NCBI GenBank assembly: GCA_003559765.1
Contig: PWKH01000184.1
Span: 12,857-76,856 of the forward strand
DNA: 64,000 nucleotides
DNA from: Spirochaetaceae bacterium
Lineage (GTDB): Bacteria; Spirochaetota; Spirochaetia; PWKH01
Reading direction: 5' to 3'
Shown here one piece after another: positions 18,781 to 29,197 of the stretch. Position 1 is the first letter of the stretch. The number at the start of each line of letters is the position of its first letter. Below the pieces are notes generated by a model. The model had not been told where the DNA came from, did no database searches, and saw only the letters and a list, made by a program, of their open reading frames with translations. Both the position numbers and the translations under genes were made by a program.

Positions 18781-18815
18781 GACGAAACCCTCTGAATCAT
18801 CCATGATGAACCGGT

Positions 18816-19853
18816 ATGTTTTGGCGACGGAGAAAAAAGCGGACAGTTTCCATCCTCTCTATCGACGGCGGCGGGATCCGGGGAATCATCCCAATCACCG
18901 TTCTGCTTGCTCTCCAGCGGGAGCTTGCCCGCTTCGATATTGATGATCCCCTGCACACCTGCTTCGACCTGATCGCCGGCACCTCAACGGGAGGTCTGAT
19001 CTCTCTCGGTCTGGCCGCCCCGGCAGAGCCTGCAGGAACTGATCCGGAATCAGGCAGGAGCAGCCCCCTGCTTCCAGCGATGACTTTGGAATATATTCTC
19101 TCCCTGTACGAACAGCGCAGCAAAGAAATATTCTCCAAGGGATCCCTCGGACAGCTGAGATCTCTCGGACAGATGTTTCTGGAAAAATACGATGAGGAGT
19201 CCCTGGTAAGGCTGCTGCAGGAGGTCTTTGGAACCTTGAGCATGTCAGATGCGATGGTTCCCCTGGCGATAACTTCCTATGAATGTCTCCATGGAGAGCC
19301 CTTCCTGTTCACCTCCTACGATCCGGCTCCCTATCTGATGTGGGAGGTCGGCAGAGCCACCACCGCAGCCCCCTCCTATTTCCCCCCTGCCTTTATAAAC
19401 TCCCCCAGGACCGGGAAAAAGCTGTGCTTCATCGACGGCGGGGTGGCGGCAAACAATCCGGCGCTCTACGGCTATCTGGAAGCCCGCAGGCTCTATCCCG
19501 AGGCGGAGCAGTTCAGCATTTTCTCTATCGGTACGGCGGGCAGCCGCTTTTCCCTGCCCCTCCAGGGACTGCAGCGGATGGGCCTGATCGACTGGATTTC
19601 TCCCTCAAAAGGAGTGCCGCTGTTCCATGTCTATACCTCCGGCCAGTACCATACCGCTGAACGGGTGCTCAACACCCTGCCGGATGTGCAGTACTACCGG
19701 ATCGCCGGGAACACCGGAGACCGCTCCATTCCCATGGACGATGTGAGCAGCAGCAACATCATGAAGCTCAAACGGGTGGCCAACTATATCTGCGAGACCC
19801 ATCTGGAGGTAATCCGGGAATACTGCCGGTCAGTCATCCTGCCGAGGAAGTAG
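18816..19853 (+). CDS. Patatin-like phospholipase
   Basis: GGGIRG oxyanion motif and GTSTGG serine hydrolase motif, DGG near C-terminal half. Confidence 0.8.
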   Translation: MFWRRRKKRTVSILSIDGGGIRGIIPITVLLALQRELARFDIDDPLHTCFDLIAGTSTGGLISLGLAAPAEPAGTDPESGRSSPLLPAMTLEYILSLYEQRSKEIFSKGSLGQLRSLGQMFLEKYDEESLVRLLQEVFGTLSMSDAMVPLAITSYECLHGEPFLFTSYDPAPYLMWEVGRATTAAPSYFPPAFINSPRTGKKLCFIDGGVAANNPALYGYLEARRLYPEAEQFSIFSIGTAGSRFSLPLQGLQRMGLIDWISPSKGVPLFHVYTSGQYHTAERVLNTLPDVQYYRIAGNTGDRSIPMDDVSSSNIMKLKRVANYICETHLEVIREYCRSVILPRK

Positions 19854-20507
19854 CGCAGCTCGGCAGAGAATGCGGGATATCTTGGCCAGATAGCGGGATA
19901 AATGCTTCACCCGCCGGTGCGCATCATCGGATACCGCCTTCATCACCACCAGATCAATTCCCCTGATCCTGCATGCCGCGGCTACCGAGAAGGTTTCCAT
20001 ATCGCAGACTGCCTGCTCCCCCGGCGGGAATCTCCCTGCCAGTGACAGCCGCTGCTCCCCGGTAACAAAGCCGTCCCCCGTGGCAATCCCTCCCTGGAGA
20101 TGCACCTTCCCGCCTCCGGCGGCCTGCCGCAGGGAATCTCCGTATGCTTCCCGCCGGGGACTGTTCAGTTCAATCCGGTCAAACGCGAAAGCCCCGTTCC
20201 TGTCGGTGCGGCTGAAGGGCAGCGGGCCCAGATCGTGCTGCACCGTCCAGCTCGGCAAGATGAATTCTCCCGCAGACACGCCGGGAGTCAGCCCTCCGCA
20301 GATGCCGATATGGACCACCCGTTCGGGCCGACAGCGCTCCAGCAGTTCCCCGATCCTGCAGGCGCTGAGCACCGTTCCGATACCGATGACCGCCGCACAG
20401 ACCGAATACTCCCTGATCACCGCTTCGGGAAATCCGCTGCCGGTGTATTGCTCCAAGGGAAGCAGCTCCTGCAGCTCCTCGGCCATGGCCGCGGTCACCA
20501 GGATCAT
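19830..20507 (-). CDS. mtnN: 5'-methylthioadenosine/S-adenosylhomocysteine nucleosidase
   Basis: [12 protein letters not shown]-terminus, DMETFSVAA motif; start chosen at internal ATG giving ATGA overlap with pdxK stop (ORF track extends to GTG 20528). Confidence 0.8.
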   Translation of the reverse strand: MILVTAAMAEELQELLPLEQYTGSGFPEAVIREYSVCAAVIGIGTVLSACRIGELLERCRPERVVHIGICGGLTPGVSAGEFILPSWTVQHDLGPLPFSRTDRNGAFAFDRIELNSPRREAYGDSLRQAAGGGKVHLQGGIATGDGFVTGEQRLSLAGRFPPGEQAVCDMETFSVAAACRIRGIDLVVMKAVSDDAHRRVKHLSRYLAKISRILCRAALLPRQDD

Positions 20508-21385
20508 AGGGATGCGGCCTCCTCGCACCGAAGGGCCACCGGTCCGCAGGAGAGCCTGGCGAGAACCGGTTCAATGAGCAGTCCCTCCCGCTGGGGCACC
20601 CGGTCCCGAAGCGCTTCTGAGATTGCCTGCTGCACGCAGTCACCGGCTTTCGCTACCGCTTCGGGAAAGGATTCGTCCTGGAGAAGTGCGCCGGTGAGCA
20701 CCGAGGCGAACATGTCCCCGGACCCCGGATATTTCGCCGGAAGCAGGGGACTGTCCAGCCGGTAGATCACCCCGGCTTCAGCATCCCCGGCATAGACCAT
20801 ACAGCGCTCTGGCATCCCGGCAACCGGCACGCTGGTGATCACCGCCTGCTTCGGCCCCAGTTCAAGCAGCCGGGCTATCCAACTGAACACCCGGTCCTCG
20901 CCGACTTTTTCGGGAAAGGGCTCATCAAGGAGCAGACAGGTTTCGGTCACATTGGGGGTAATGACCCGGGCATGGGAGACCAGATCCCGCATCCCCCGGA
21001 TAAGCTCCTGTGAGATCGGACCGTAGGGCTGACCGTCATCCCCCATCACCGGGTCCACCACCACCAGGGTGTCCTCAAGGGCAAACTCCCGGATGAACTC
21101 GGTGACGCAGGATATCTGCCGGGCGGAGCCGAGAAATCCGCTGTAGATCCCCGCAAACTGAAGCTCCAGGGACTTCCAGTGCCGGATGATTTCGTGCATG
21201 TCCTCAGTAAGGTCCCGGTAGTGGTAACCGCTGAATCCACTGGTCTGGGTGGACAGCAGGGCTGTCGGCAGGGGACAGGTCTGCACCCCCATCGAGGCGA
21301 GCACCGGCAGGGCTACGGTGAGCGACGCCCTGCCGTATCCTGAGAGATCATGGACGGCGGCGGCTTTCGGTACAGGTCGTTTCAT
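20504..21385 (-). CDS. pdxK: Pyridoxal/pyridoxamine kinase (PdxK/PdxY family)
   Basis: AVHDLSGYGRASL and ribokinase-like fold motifs, C-terminal GSGDMF. Confidence 0.8.
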   Translation of the reverse strand: MKRPVPKAAAVHDLSGYGRASLTVALPVLASMGVQTCPLPTALLSTQTSGFSGYHYRDLTEDMHEIIRHWKSLELQFAGIYSGFLGSARQISCVTEFIREFALEDTLVVVDPVMGDDGQPYGPISQELIRGMRDLVSHARVITPNVTETCLLLDEPFPEKVGEDRVFSWIARLLELGPKQAVITSVPVAGMPERCMVYAGDAEAGVIYRLDSPLLPAKYPGSGDMFASVLTGALLQDESFPEAVAKAGDCVQQAISEALRDRVPQREGLLIEPVLARLSCGPVALRCEEAASL

Positions 21386-21448
21386 ACGTTCATGATATAC
21401 AAAATCGGGGGTTTCTGCTATCCTTTTTCTCCCAAGGAGGTATCTGAT

Positions 21449-23281
21449 ATGGCAGCAGCTGCGGTAAGCAGAGAGGAAGTCCGCGCTTCCTTCCGGTCCA
21501 TGATCCTGTCAGCTTCAGGCTGGAGGAAGGTTTTCGCCGAAGACGGGGATGAGTCAAGCGGCACTCCCCGGATACAGCCGGCGGATGCTGTAATTGCCTG
21601 CGCCGCAGCCGCGGTGTTTTCCCGCTTCATGCAGGAGACCTATCCTGGGGCGGACACCCTGGTAATTGCCTCCGACTCCCGCCCGACGGGGGAAGCCTTG
21701 GCCCTTCCTATGCTCTCTCTCCTGCTTCGCGACCGCTGGAAGCTGCAGTCTCTCGGCATTGCCGCAATCCCTGAGGTTATCGCCTACAACATAATGCACG
21801 CCGAGATTCACGGAGGAGTCTATATATCTGCAAGCCACAACCCCGTGGGCCACAACGGGCTGAAGTTCTTCAGCACGGCAGGGGTTATCGGCGGTGAGCA
21901 CTCCCGCAGGCTGATTGATTCCATGGTACAGCTGATAAACGACGATCACGCGCTTCAGCAGATCATTGAGCAGACGGTAACTGAGCAGACCGAAGCTGTC
22001 ACTGAAATCAAGGAGGCCGCAGCTGCCTGCAAGCTGAAAGCAGAAGATGCCTACCGGCAGTTCATCGGAATCACCGCATCGGACAGCTCCTGCATCTGCG
22101 GTCAGGATGACCTCTACAGCCGGATCCGGGAAGGATTGGCCCGGCAGCCGCTTTCGGTGGTGATTGACTTCAACGGCAGCGCCAGGGCAGCTGGTATCGA
22201 CCGTCAGTTCCTGACAAGCCTCGGAGCTGGGGTGATTCCCATGCATGAGACCCCCGGTGATATCGCCCACGGCATTCTCCCGGAGGGAGACAACCTCCTT
22301 CCCTGCTGCCGCAGGCTGGAGGAAGCCTGGCGGAGGGATCCCTCCTGCTGCATCGGCATGGTGCCGGACAACGACGGCGACCGGGGAAATATCGTGTATA
22401 CCCGGGAGGATACCGGCCGGGCAGTCATGCTCCAGGCGCAGGAGGTGTTCGCCCTGGTGGTCATGGCGGAACTGGTGCATCTCTACACCAGAAGCCCCGG
22501 AGAGATGGAACGGACTGCAGTTGCGGTAAACTGCGCAACCTCCATGCGGATAGACGAAATTGCCCGACGCTTCGGTGCGAAGGTGTTCCGCGCGGAGGTG
22601 GGGGAAGCGAATGCGGTCACCCTGGCGGAAGAGCTGCGCAGAACGGGATATGTCGTCCGGGTGCTCGGCGAGGGTTCCAACGGAGGCAACATCACCCACC
22701 CTTCAGTGGTCCGGGATCCGCTGAACACCCTGATGTCAATCATGAAGCTCCTGACGATTCAGGACACCCCCGGTCAGCCCGGTCTGTTCCGGCAGTGGCT
22801 CAGGCTCTCGGGAAGGGAGGAGTCCTTCCGGGCAGGATTCACCCTTGAGGACGTGTTAGCCTCGCTGCCGTGCTATTCCACTACCGAAACCGCTGATCCC
22901 CGGGCGCTCGTCCGGCTTTCCTGCGGGGACCAGGGGGCATTCAAGCTCCGGTATGAACAAGCTTTTCTCGAGGCATGGAACCGGGACCGGGACACCCTGT
23001 TCAGACAGCTCAATATCGCCTCATGGCGGGAGTTCAACACCGAGGGAAGCAGCTGCACCGAGGGAACAGGAGCCGCATCCAGGTCTGCAAAAGCCTCCGG
23101 AGGTCTGCGCATCGTCTTCTATGATCCGGAGGGCACACCGACGGATTTCATCTGGATGAGGAAATCCGGCACCGAACCGGTATTCCGCATTATGGCTGAC
23201 TCCCGAGGGAACAATATGCAGCGGTGCTCCCGTCTTCTGGCATGGCATCGGGAGATTATCAGCGAGGCGGAGAACGGATAA
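21449..23281 (+). CDS. Alpha-D-phosphohexomutase family protein (phosphomannomutase/phosphoglucomutase-like)
   Basis: Active-site SASHNP motif, four-domain size about 610 aa; start ATG 21449 after AAGGAGG RBS (the ORF track start at 21350 is an extension). Confidence 0.8.
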   Translation: MAAAAVSREEVRASFRSMILSASGWRKVFAEDGDESSGTPRIQPADAVIACAAAAVFSRFMQETYPGADTLVIASDSRPTGEALALPMLSLLLRDRWKLQSLGIAAIPEVIAYNIMHAEIHGGVYISASHNPVGHNGLKFFSTAGVIGGEHSRRLIDSMVQLINDDHALQQIIEQTVTEQTEAVTEIKEAAAACKLKAEDAYRQFIGITASDSSCICGQDDLYSRIREGLARQPLSVVIDFNGSARAAGIDRQFLTSLGAGVIPMHETPGDIAHGILPEGDNLLPCCRRLEEAWRRDPSCCIGMVPDNDGDRGNIVYTREDTGRAVMLQAQEVFALVVMAELVHLYTRSPGEMERTAVAVNCATSMRIDEIARRFGAKVFRAEVGEANAVTLAEELRRTGYVVRVLGEGSNGGNITHPSVVRDPLNTLMSIMKLLTIQDTPGQPGLFRQWLRLSGREESFRAGFTLEDVLASLPCYSTTETADPRALVRLSCGDQGAFKLRYEQAFLEAWNRDRDTLFRQLNIASWREFNTEGSSCTEGTGAASRSAKASGGLRIVFYDPEGTPTDFIWMRKSGTEPVFRIMADSRGNNMQRCSRLLAWHREIISEAENG

Positions 23282-23376
23282 ACTGCAGCCGAAAAGCTAT
23301 ACTTTTCTCATAATTTTCGATATACTTTAATTATCTAAAAAAGTAAAAGGACGGGTTTTGTCCTTGAGGAAGAGAT

Positions 23377-25593
23377 ATGGAGACCTGCCGTTCCAGCATT
23401 TGGACAACCGTTGAAAAGCTGTCACAGCAGCTGATGACAGACCCCCGGAGCAGTGCCGAACAGGCGGAAAAGCTGCTGGAAGACCTTGAAGCCGAAGATT
23501 TTCCCCTTGAAACAGCCTGCCTTACATACATTTTATCAGTCGGACAGTATTATCAGGCTCAGTTACCCAAGGCAGTCAAGGGGCTGGAAAGCGCGGAGCA
23601 CACCCTCTGCGGGCTGCGTTCGACCGAAAAACGGGCAATGGAGTGGCTGCTCCGGGTAAAAACCTATCTGGGCATCTGTTATGCCGCTTTGGGAGACTGC
23701 GCCCAGGGAATCTATCAACTGCTGGAAGTCAAGGAGCAGTCCGTCAGGCTCAACGATGTATATAATTACGCCTACGCTCATATTTATCTCGGAAACCTCT
23801 ACGGGTCAGTAGGAAAACATGAGCTGGCCCTGCAGTATCTGACCGCCGGGCAGGAAGCGGCAGCGGTAACCGGAAGCGTGCACCAGCAGGGAATGGTCAA
23901 CCTCTATCTGGGAAGCATATACAGCAGGCTCAATGATTTCAAAAAAGCTCTGGAATGCCTGGGCAGGGCCCTGGAACTCTTTGACCGGCACCGGCTGGCG
24001 GACACCCCGGAGGTGCTTACCACCATGGGGGCGATCTATCTCGCTCAGCAGGACCATATCCGGTCCGAACAGTTTCTCTCCATTGCTCTTGAGCAGGCCC
24101 GGGAAAAGGGCACCCCTTCAGCAGAAATAGAAGCGCTGATCCAGAAAGCTGAAGTCTCCCGCTCAAAGGACAAAGCGTCAGAGGCGGAGGATCTGCTGAA
24201 GCACGCCCTGCACCTTGCAGAAACCCATAACCTTGACCGCTACACCCTTCCCTGCGCGAAGAAACTGCTGGAACTGAAGGAATCCGCCGGGGACTACCGC
24301 GGCGCCTGCCTGTATACCAGGATGGTGATGGACCTCAATGAGGAGATCATCCACCAGTCAACTCTGTCGGAGCTTCAGACAATTGAACTTTCCCATAAAC
24401 TGGAGCAGACCGAAGCGGAACGGGATTTCCTGAAGAAGCGCAGCAGCCATCTGAAACGCTCCTTTGAGCAGATCAATGCAGTCAGCAGGCTCGGCACTGA
24501 GGCCAACGCGCTTTTGGATCTGAACCTGATCATCGATTCCATGTATACGACCCTCAGCACCATATTCCCGGTCGACTCCTTCAGCATCCTGCTGACAAAC
24601 GAACAGGGGGATGAACTGATCCCCCAGAGCCGAATCATTTCCAACCAGTACATCAGCACCGCTGCAATACCGACGGCATCAGTCAGACATATTGAAGCGT
24701 ATGCGGCCAGGAACCGGCAGGACATACTCATCAGGGATATCGAAGCAGAGGGAGCTCAGTACCGAAGCGGTCCGACAGCAGAAGCTGACACCGACTACCG
24801 GTCCTGGGCGCTGCTTCCGCTGGAAGCCCGGGGAAAGCTTCTGGGAATACTGCAGCTGCAGTCGAAACAGAGCGAAGCGTATTCAGTCCAGGATATGGAT
24901 ATTTTACGGATACTCGCAAACCAGACAGCAGTCACCCTCTCAAATGAGCGGACCCTGAAGGAGATGCAGCAGACCAATGAACAGCTCAGTCTGGAGCGGG
25001 AGCGGCTCCAGCTGGCGAACAGACAGCTGCAGGATGCCCACACCAGAATTGAGCAGCTGGCAATTTACGATGACCTGACGGGGCTTCCCAACCGTCATCT
25101 GCTCTTTGAGCGGGCGGTTCCGATGCTCCATCTTGCCCGCAGAAACCAGAGCCCCTTTGCCGTCTGCTTCATTGACCTGGACAATTTCAAGCAGATCAAC
25201 GACTCCCTCGGACATTGGGCCGGGGATGAAGCACTGAAAATGCTCGGCCGACGGATTTCGAAGACCCTGAGGAAATCAGACCTGGTGGCACGCCTCGGGG
25301 GGGACGAATTCGTAGCGGTGTTCAACGACCTGAAGTCCAGTGATGCAGTCACGGTGATCCTGGAGAAAATGCTGAATGAGTTTGCCCAGCCCCTGGAAAT
25401 CGGCAGCCGCACCTTTTTCGTCGGAGCAAGTATCGGGGTGAGCCTGTATCCCGACGATGCCTTCGAGTTCAATGAGCTGCTCAACCTTGCGGACAAAGCC
25501 CAGTATGCCGCCAAACATACCGGCAAGCAGCGCTACTGCTTTTACCGCCAGCTGGCAGACCGGCAGGAAAAGACCGGTTCAGACATATCCTAG
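23377..25593 (+). CDS. TPR-GAF-GGDEF diguanylate cyclase
   Basis: N-terminal TPR-like repeats, central GAF-like region, C-terminal GGDEF with intact GGDEF and RxxD I-site (RKSD...RLGGDEF). Confidence 0.85.
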   Translation: METCRSSIWTTVEKLSQQLMTDPRSSAEQAEKLLEDLEAEDFPLETACLTYILSVGQYYQAQLPKAVKGLESAEHTLCGLRSTEKRAMEWLLRVKTYLGICYAALGDCAQGIYQLLEVKEQSVRLNDVYNYAYAHIYLGNLYGSVGKHELALQYLTAGQEAAAVTGSVHQQGMVNLYLGSIYSRLNDFKKALECLGRALELFDRHRLADTPEVLTTMGAIYLAQQDHIRSEQFLSIALEQAREKGTPSAEIEALIQKAEVSRSKDKASEAEDLLKHALHLAETHNLDRYTLPCAKKLLELKESAGDYRGACLYTRMVMDLNEEIIHQSTLSELQTIELSHKLEQTEAERDFLKKRSSHLKRSFEQINAVSRLGTEANALLDLNLIIDSMYTTLSTIFPVDSFSILLTNEQGDELIPQSRIISNQYISTAAIPTASVRHIEAYAARNRQDILIRDIEAEGAQYRSGPTAEADTDYRSWALLPLEARGKLLGILQLQSKQSEAYSVQDMDILRILANQTAVTLSNERTLKEMQQTNEQLSLERERLQLANRQLQDAHTRIEQLAIYDDLTGLPNRHLLFERAVPMLHLARRNQSPFAVCFIDLDNFKQINDSLGHWAGDEALKMLGRRISKTLRKSDLVARLGGDEFVAVFNDLKSSDAVTVILEKMLNEFAQPLEIGSRTFFVGASIGVSLYPDDAFEFNELLNLADKAQYAAKHTGKQRYCFYRQLADRQEKTGSDIS

Positions 25594-26894
25594 GGGTTCT
25601 GCAGCCCCGCCACCGCCGCACCGAGGACCGGCGCGTTGTCAACATGGATCATGTCGTAATACCGGTTATGCTGGTCCACCAGAAACTCGTCGAGATACGC
25701 CCGGGTATACTTCATCAGATTGTGGGTCTTCAGGAAGGTGGTGCCGTCGGCATTGATGCACACCGGGTGTGCCGGATCAGTTCCTGCACCGGTCTTCATC
25801 ACCGCTGCGGAGAGATTCACCGCAGAGAGCCTGGCAGCACGTTCAATCAGCCGGTCGACAATCTGGTACATCAGGGAGCGGTCCTTCAGGTTGTCGCCGC
25901 AGACATCATGCAGCACCGAGGGCTGTTCCGGGGTATGCATGAGGTCATCCATTTCAATCGTAGACAGCCCCTTCAGTTCTTCCAGCCGCCCGCAAACCGG
26001 TTCGCTGAAGATTCCCTCAGCGCAGGCCTGGCTGAGCACATGGAGCACGTAGGGACCGAGGTAGCCGCCTGAGACAATTTTCTCAAAATGATAGGTCCCG
26101 GGATTTTTGGTGGTTTCATAGAATTTTCGGTCCAGATCACTGAGATCCACCGCAAATCCGCCGCTTTCCACGTTGACAATCTGATTCTCTTCCTGAAAGC
26201 CGATGCCGGCGGTCTTTCCGATACGGCTGCACTGCTCGACGTAGGAGGTGTTGGTTCCGGTTCCCAGAATGAAACCGATATACCCGCTGTAGGGCTTCTC
26301 CGCGGCAATCTTGCCCGCAAGCAGGGTTGCTGCGGTATCGTTAAGAATACAGCAGCGGTAGGAAGCTTCGCTGTCATATTCCCGCAGCGCTTCGATAAGG
26401 CTGGCACCAACCAGCTCACCGAGAGCTTCCTGAGCCTGGATCTCCTTGGAGAAATGCAGAATCCTGCCGTCTCGCTGAGGGGTGTTCTCTGTCGGGTAGG
26501 AAAAACAGAACCCGATGAGGCTGCTTGCTCCCATCAGAGGCCTGGTGTATGCCGCCATCTGACGGAAGAACGCTTCCCTGGACATCGATCCCCTGCTGCC
26601 GGGCATGGGGTTTTTCGAATAACTGCTGATCTGCGGGGTGAGAGAATCATCGAAGGTGACCAGGCAGCTGCGGAAGTTTGTTCCCCCCGCATCCAGAACA
26701 ATGACTGAAGTATCGGCGGGTATCTCCTCCTTCACTGATACGAAGGTGGGAAGCATGGCAAGGGAAGAGGAATCTCCTCTGAGTCCGGCGTTCATCTCCT
26801 TGATGAACCGCTCGCAGAGCATGTGCATATCCACCTGGTCCGGATGAATTCCATGGGAAATGAGAAAATCCTCGGCAGTGCGTGAGAACAGCAT
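25590..26894 (-). CDS. Hexokinase family protein
   Basis: LDAGGTNFR sugar-kinase motif; start at internal ATG with AAGGAG RBS (the ORF track extends to 26996). Confidence 0.8.
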   Translation of the reverse strand: MLFSRTAEDFLISHGIHPDQVDMHMLCERFIKEMNAGLRGDSSSLAMLPTFVSVKEEIPADTSVIVLDAGGTNFRSCLVTFDDSLTPQISSYSKNPMPGSRGSMSREAFFRQMAAYTRPLMGASSLIGFCFSYPTENTPQRDGRILHFSKEIQAQEALGELVGASLIEALREYDSEASYRCCILNDTAATLLAGKIAAEKPYSGYIGFILGTGTNTSYVEQCSRIGKTAGIGFQEENQIVNVESGGFAVDLSDLDRKFYETTKNPGTYHFEKIVSGGYLGPYVLHVLSQACAEGIFSEPVCGRLEELKGLSTIEMDDLMHTPEQPSVLHDVCGDNLKDRSLMYQIVDRLIERAARLSAVNLSAAVMKTGAGTDPAHPVCINADGTTFLKTHNLMKYTRAYLDEFLVDQHNRYYDMIHVDNAPVLGAAVAGLQNP

Positions 26895-26959
26895 AGAAGA
26901 CTCCTTTTTGTGTGTTAGGTAAATTCTACTGAAGAATGCAGTATTTGTCCAGAATATGC

Positions 26960-27003
26960 CTGAGTGAGAAAAGGCCCATACACCGGTAAAGAGCATATGG
27001 GCC
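26960..27003 (-). terminator. Putative rho-independent terminator after the HhH-GPD glycosylase gene
   Basis: 8-bp stem ggcccata/tatgggcc with 15-nt loop followed on minus strand by TTTTCT. Confidence 0.4.
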
Positions 27004-27190
27004 GATCTTCCCCGGACCGGGTAAGCCCGGGTCGGATAAGTCGGAGCAGATTACTGCTCCGATGTTCCAGGAAATTGCAGGGTTCTTTTTTTATACCTGA
27101 ATGTTGTGCAAATTTCAATACTCATAATTCAAACTTTTGTGAATAATTCATAATCCTGTTAAGCATTTAAGGACAGCAATGAGGAAAAAA

Positions 27191-28135
27191 CTATGGAATA
27201 GAAACAATCCGGCGGTCGCAGTTTCCGCTGAAGGAGGGGGTATGCTCTGCGGCGGCATCCCCGTAATCCGAAATCTGGACCATTCCCTCCCGGCAGAGCT
27301 GATCCATAGCCTTCAGCACCCGCTCCCGAGGGAAGGAGACCAGTCCAGCTAACTCCTCCACTGAAGCCGGTCCCTTCTCATTGAGCACCAGCAGTATGCT
27401 GCCGCGAACCTGCCGGTTTGAGTCTGCAAAGGGGGCCTGCTTCGCATAGTGGGCGCTGCGCCTGTTGGGGTTTTCAACAGCCTGTCTGAGAAACACTCCG
27501 TAGTCCATCAGGGCATAGTACCAGCGGCGGGGGTCTTCCTCATCAACCAGCTGCGAGAGCAGCCGGTAGAGCTGCCGGTCTGTCACCCGGTCCTGCTGCC
27601 GGAAGAACACATGCAGCAGTACCCGCCTGATGTTGGTTTCAAGATAGAGGGCCGGACGTCCCCAGGCAAACGCCTGCAGCGCCGCCGCAGTCGCAGGTCC
27701 CACCATCGGAAGCTTCAGCAGATCCTCCTCTGCATCCGGAAGAATTCCCCCGGTCTCCCGGGCAATCCGGTGGAGCGCCTGTGCCCGACGGTTGTATCCC
27801 AGTCCCTGCCAAAGTGAGAACACCTCAGAAAGTGCAGCATCCGCTACATCCCGGAGATCAGGAAATCGGAGGAGAAACTGACGGTATTTCGGCAGCACCC
27901 GGGAGGTCTGGGTCTGCTGGAGCATCATCTCCGAGAGCAGAATCCGGTAGGGATCATCGGTCTGTCTCCAGGGAAAGCTTCTGCCCCAGTGCCGGTAATA
28001 ATCGTAGATTCCCCTGCGGAAGGCTGAAGTTTTTGCAGGGGTTATCTCACCGGTGCCGCTCAGCGGCTCAATCAGGAAGCTCAGCTGCTCCTTGATTTTC
28101 TGGCTTTTTCCGCTTTTCTGCTGATTTTGTTCCAT
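27191..28135 (-). CDS. HhH-GPD base-excision glycosylase (MutY/Nth-like, apparently lacking Fe-S cysteines) with C-terminal extension
   Basis: [12 protein letters not shown] and HhH-GPD motifs (LP.VGP.TA.A); no CX6CX2CX5C cluster seen. Confidence 0.6.
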   Translation of the reverse strand: MEQNQQKSGKSQKIKEQLSFLIEPLSGTGEITPAKTSAFRRGIYDYYRHWGRSFPWRQTDDPYRILLSEMMLQQTQTSRVLPKYRQFLLRFPDLRDVADAALSEVFSLWQGLGYNRRAQALHRIARETGGILPDAEEDLLKLPMVGPATAAALQAFAWGRPALYLETNIRRVLLHVFFRQQDRVTDRQLYRLLSQLVDEEDPRRWYYALMDYGVFLRQAVENPNRRSAHYAKQAPFADSNRQVRGSILLVLNEKGPASVEELAGLVSFPRERVLKAMDQLCREGMVQISDYGDAAAEHTPSFSGNCDRRIVSIP

Positions 28136-29133
28136 ACCCCTGAAAGCCCCATTGCCTTTTTCATGAGCTGAAGCGTCTCTCCGGCCTCCTGCCGGGCCTT
28201 GAGGGTTCCCTCGTAGATCACTTCGTCAACATACCCTGAAATCTCAGCAGCCCGTTCCCGCCGCTCCCTGATGGGATCAAGGAAGGCATTCAATGCCCCT
28301 ACGAGCTTCTGCTTCACTTCGACATCGCCGACAGCCCCCTTCCGGTAGCGTTCCTTCAGATCGGCAATCTCCTCTCGATCGGGGTTGAAAGCGTCATGGT
28401 AGACGAACACCGGGTTGCCCTCCACCCTGCCGGGGATGTCTGCGCGGACCCGGTTGGGGTCGGTATACATGCTCATGACCTTCTTCTCAACGGTCTTCGG
28501 AGAATCCGAGAGGTAGATAGCATTGTTCAGGGATTTCGACATCTTGGCGCTGCCGTCGGTGCCCATGAGTGAACCGACCTCCCCCACCATGACGTCGGGC
28601 ACCGGAAAGACTTCCCCGTAGAGGTAGTTGAACCGGCGGGCGATTTCTCTGGTCAGCTCAACGTGGGATTCGTTGTCCTTGCCCACCGGCACCAGGTGAG
28701 CCCTGGGCATGAGAATATCAGCAGCCTGGAGAATCGGATAGCCAAGAAGACCGAAGGGCATTTCCGTTAGCTCCGCCGATCTTGCCATATCCTTCAGACT
28801 CGGGATGCGCTGAAGCCTGGGAACGGTCACCAGCATCTCGAAGAGAAGGTTCATCTCATAGACCTCGTGCACCGCAGACTGCAGGTAGATGGGAGACACA
28901 TCCGGATCAATTCCGCAGGCGATGTAGTCAAGCACCAGTTCTCTGGTGTTCCCGGCAATCGCTTCGATATAGTGCTTCTCAGGCTGGGTGGTCATGGTAT
29001 GCAGATCCGCGATGATGAAAAAGCATTCATACTCATGCTGCAGTCTGACCCGGTTCTGAATTGAACCGACGTAATGTCCCAGATGAAGCTTTCCCGTTGG
29101 ACGGTCCCCCGTCAGAATTCGGCGTTTTTCCAT
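28081..29133 (-). CDS. trpS: Tryptophan--tRNA ligase
   Basis: TGKLHLGHY (HIGH-class) and KMSKS motifs; start ATG with AAGGA RBS verified (the ORF track start 29295 is an extension). Confidence 0.9.
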   Translation of the reverse strand: MEKRRILTGDRPTGKLHLGHYVGSIQNRVRLQHEYECFFIIADLHTMTTQPEKHYIEAIAGNTRELVLDYIACGIDPDVSPIYLQSAVHEVYEMNLLFEMLVTVPRLQRIPSLKDMARSAELTEMPFGLLGYPILQAADILMPRAHLVPVGKDNESHVELTREIARRFNYLYGEVFPVPDVMVGEVGSLMGTDGSAKMSKSLNNAIYLSDSPKTVEKKVMSMYTDPNRVRADIPGRVEGNPVFVYHDAFNPDREEIADLKERYRKGAVGDVEVKQKLVGALNAFLDPIRERRERAAEISGYVDEVIYEGTLKARQEAGETLQLMKKAMGLSGVWNKISRKAEKARKSRSS

Positions 29134-29197
29134 TTCGTACGTTCCTTGTGAGTGATCTTGTGCAGTATAGCGATGTTCAGGATCTATGAAAAGAGAG

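Noticed and set aside
21554-22699. 381-aa ORF antisense to the phosphohexomutase gene
   Set aside because: The sense gene carries the SASHNP active site; the antisense frame is artefactual.
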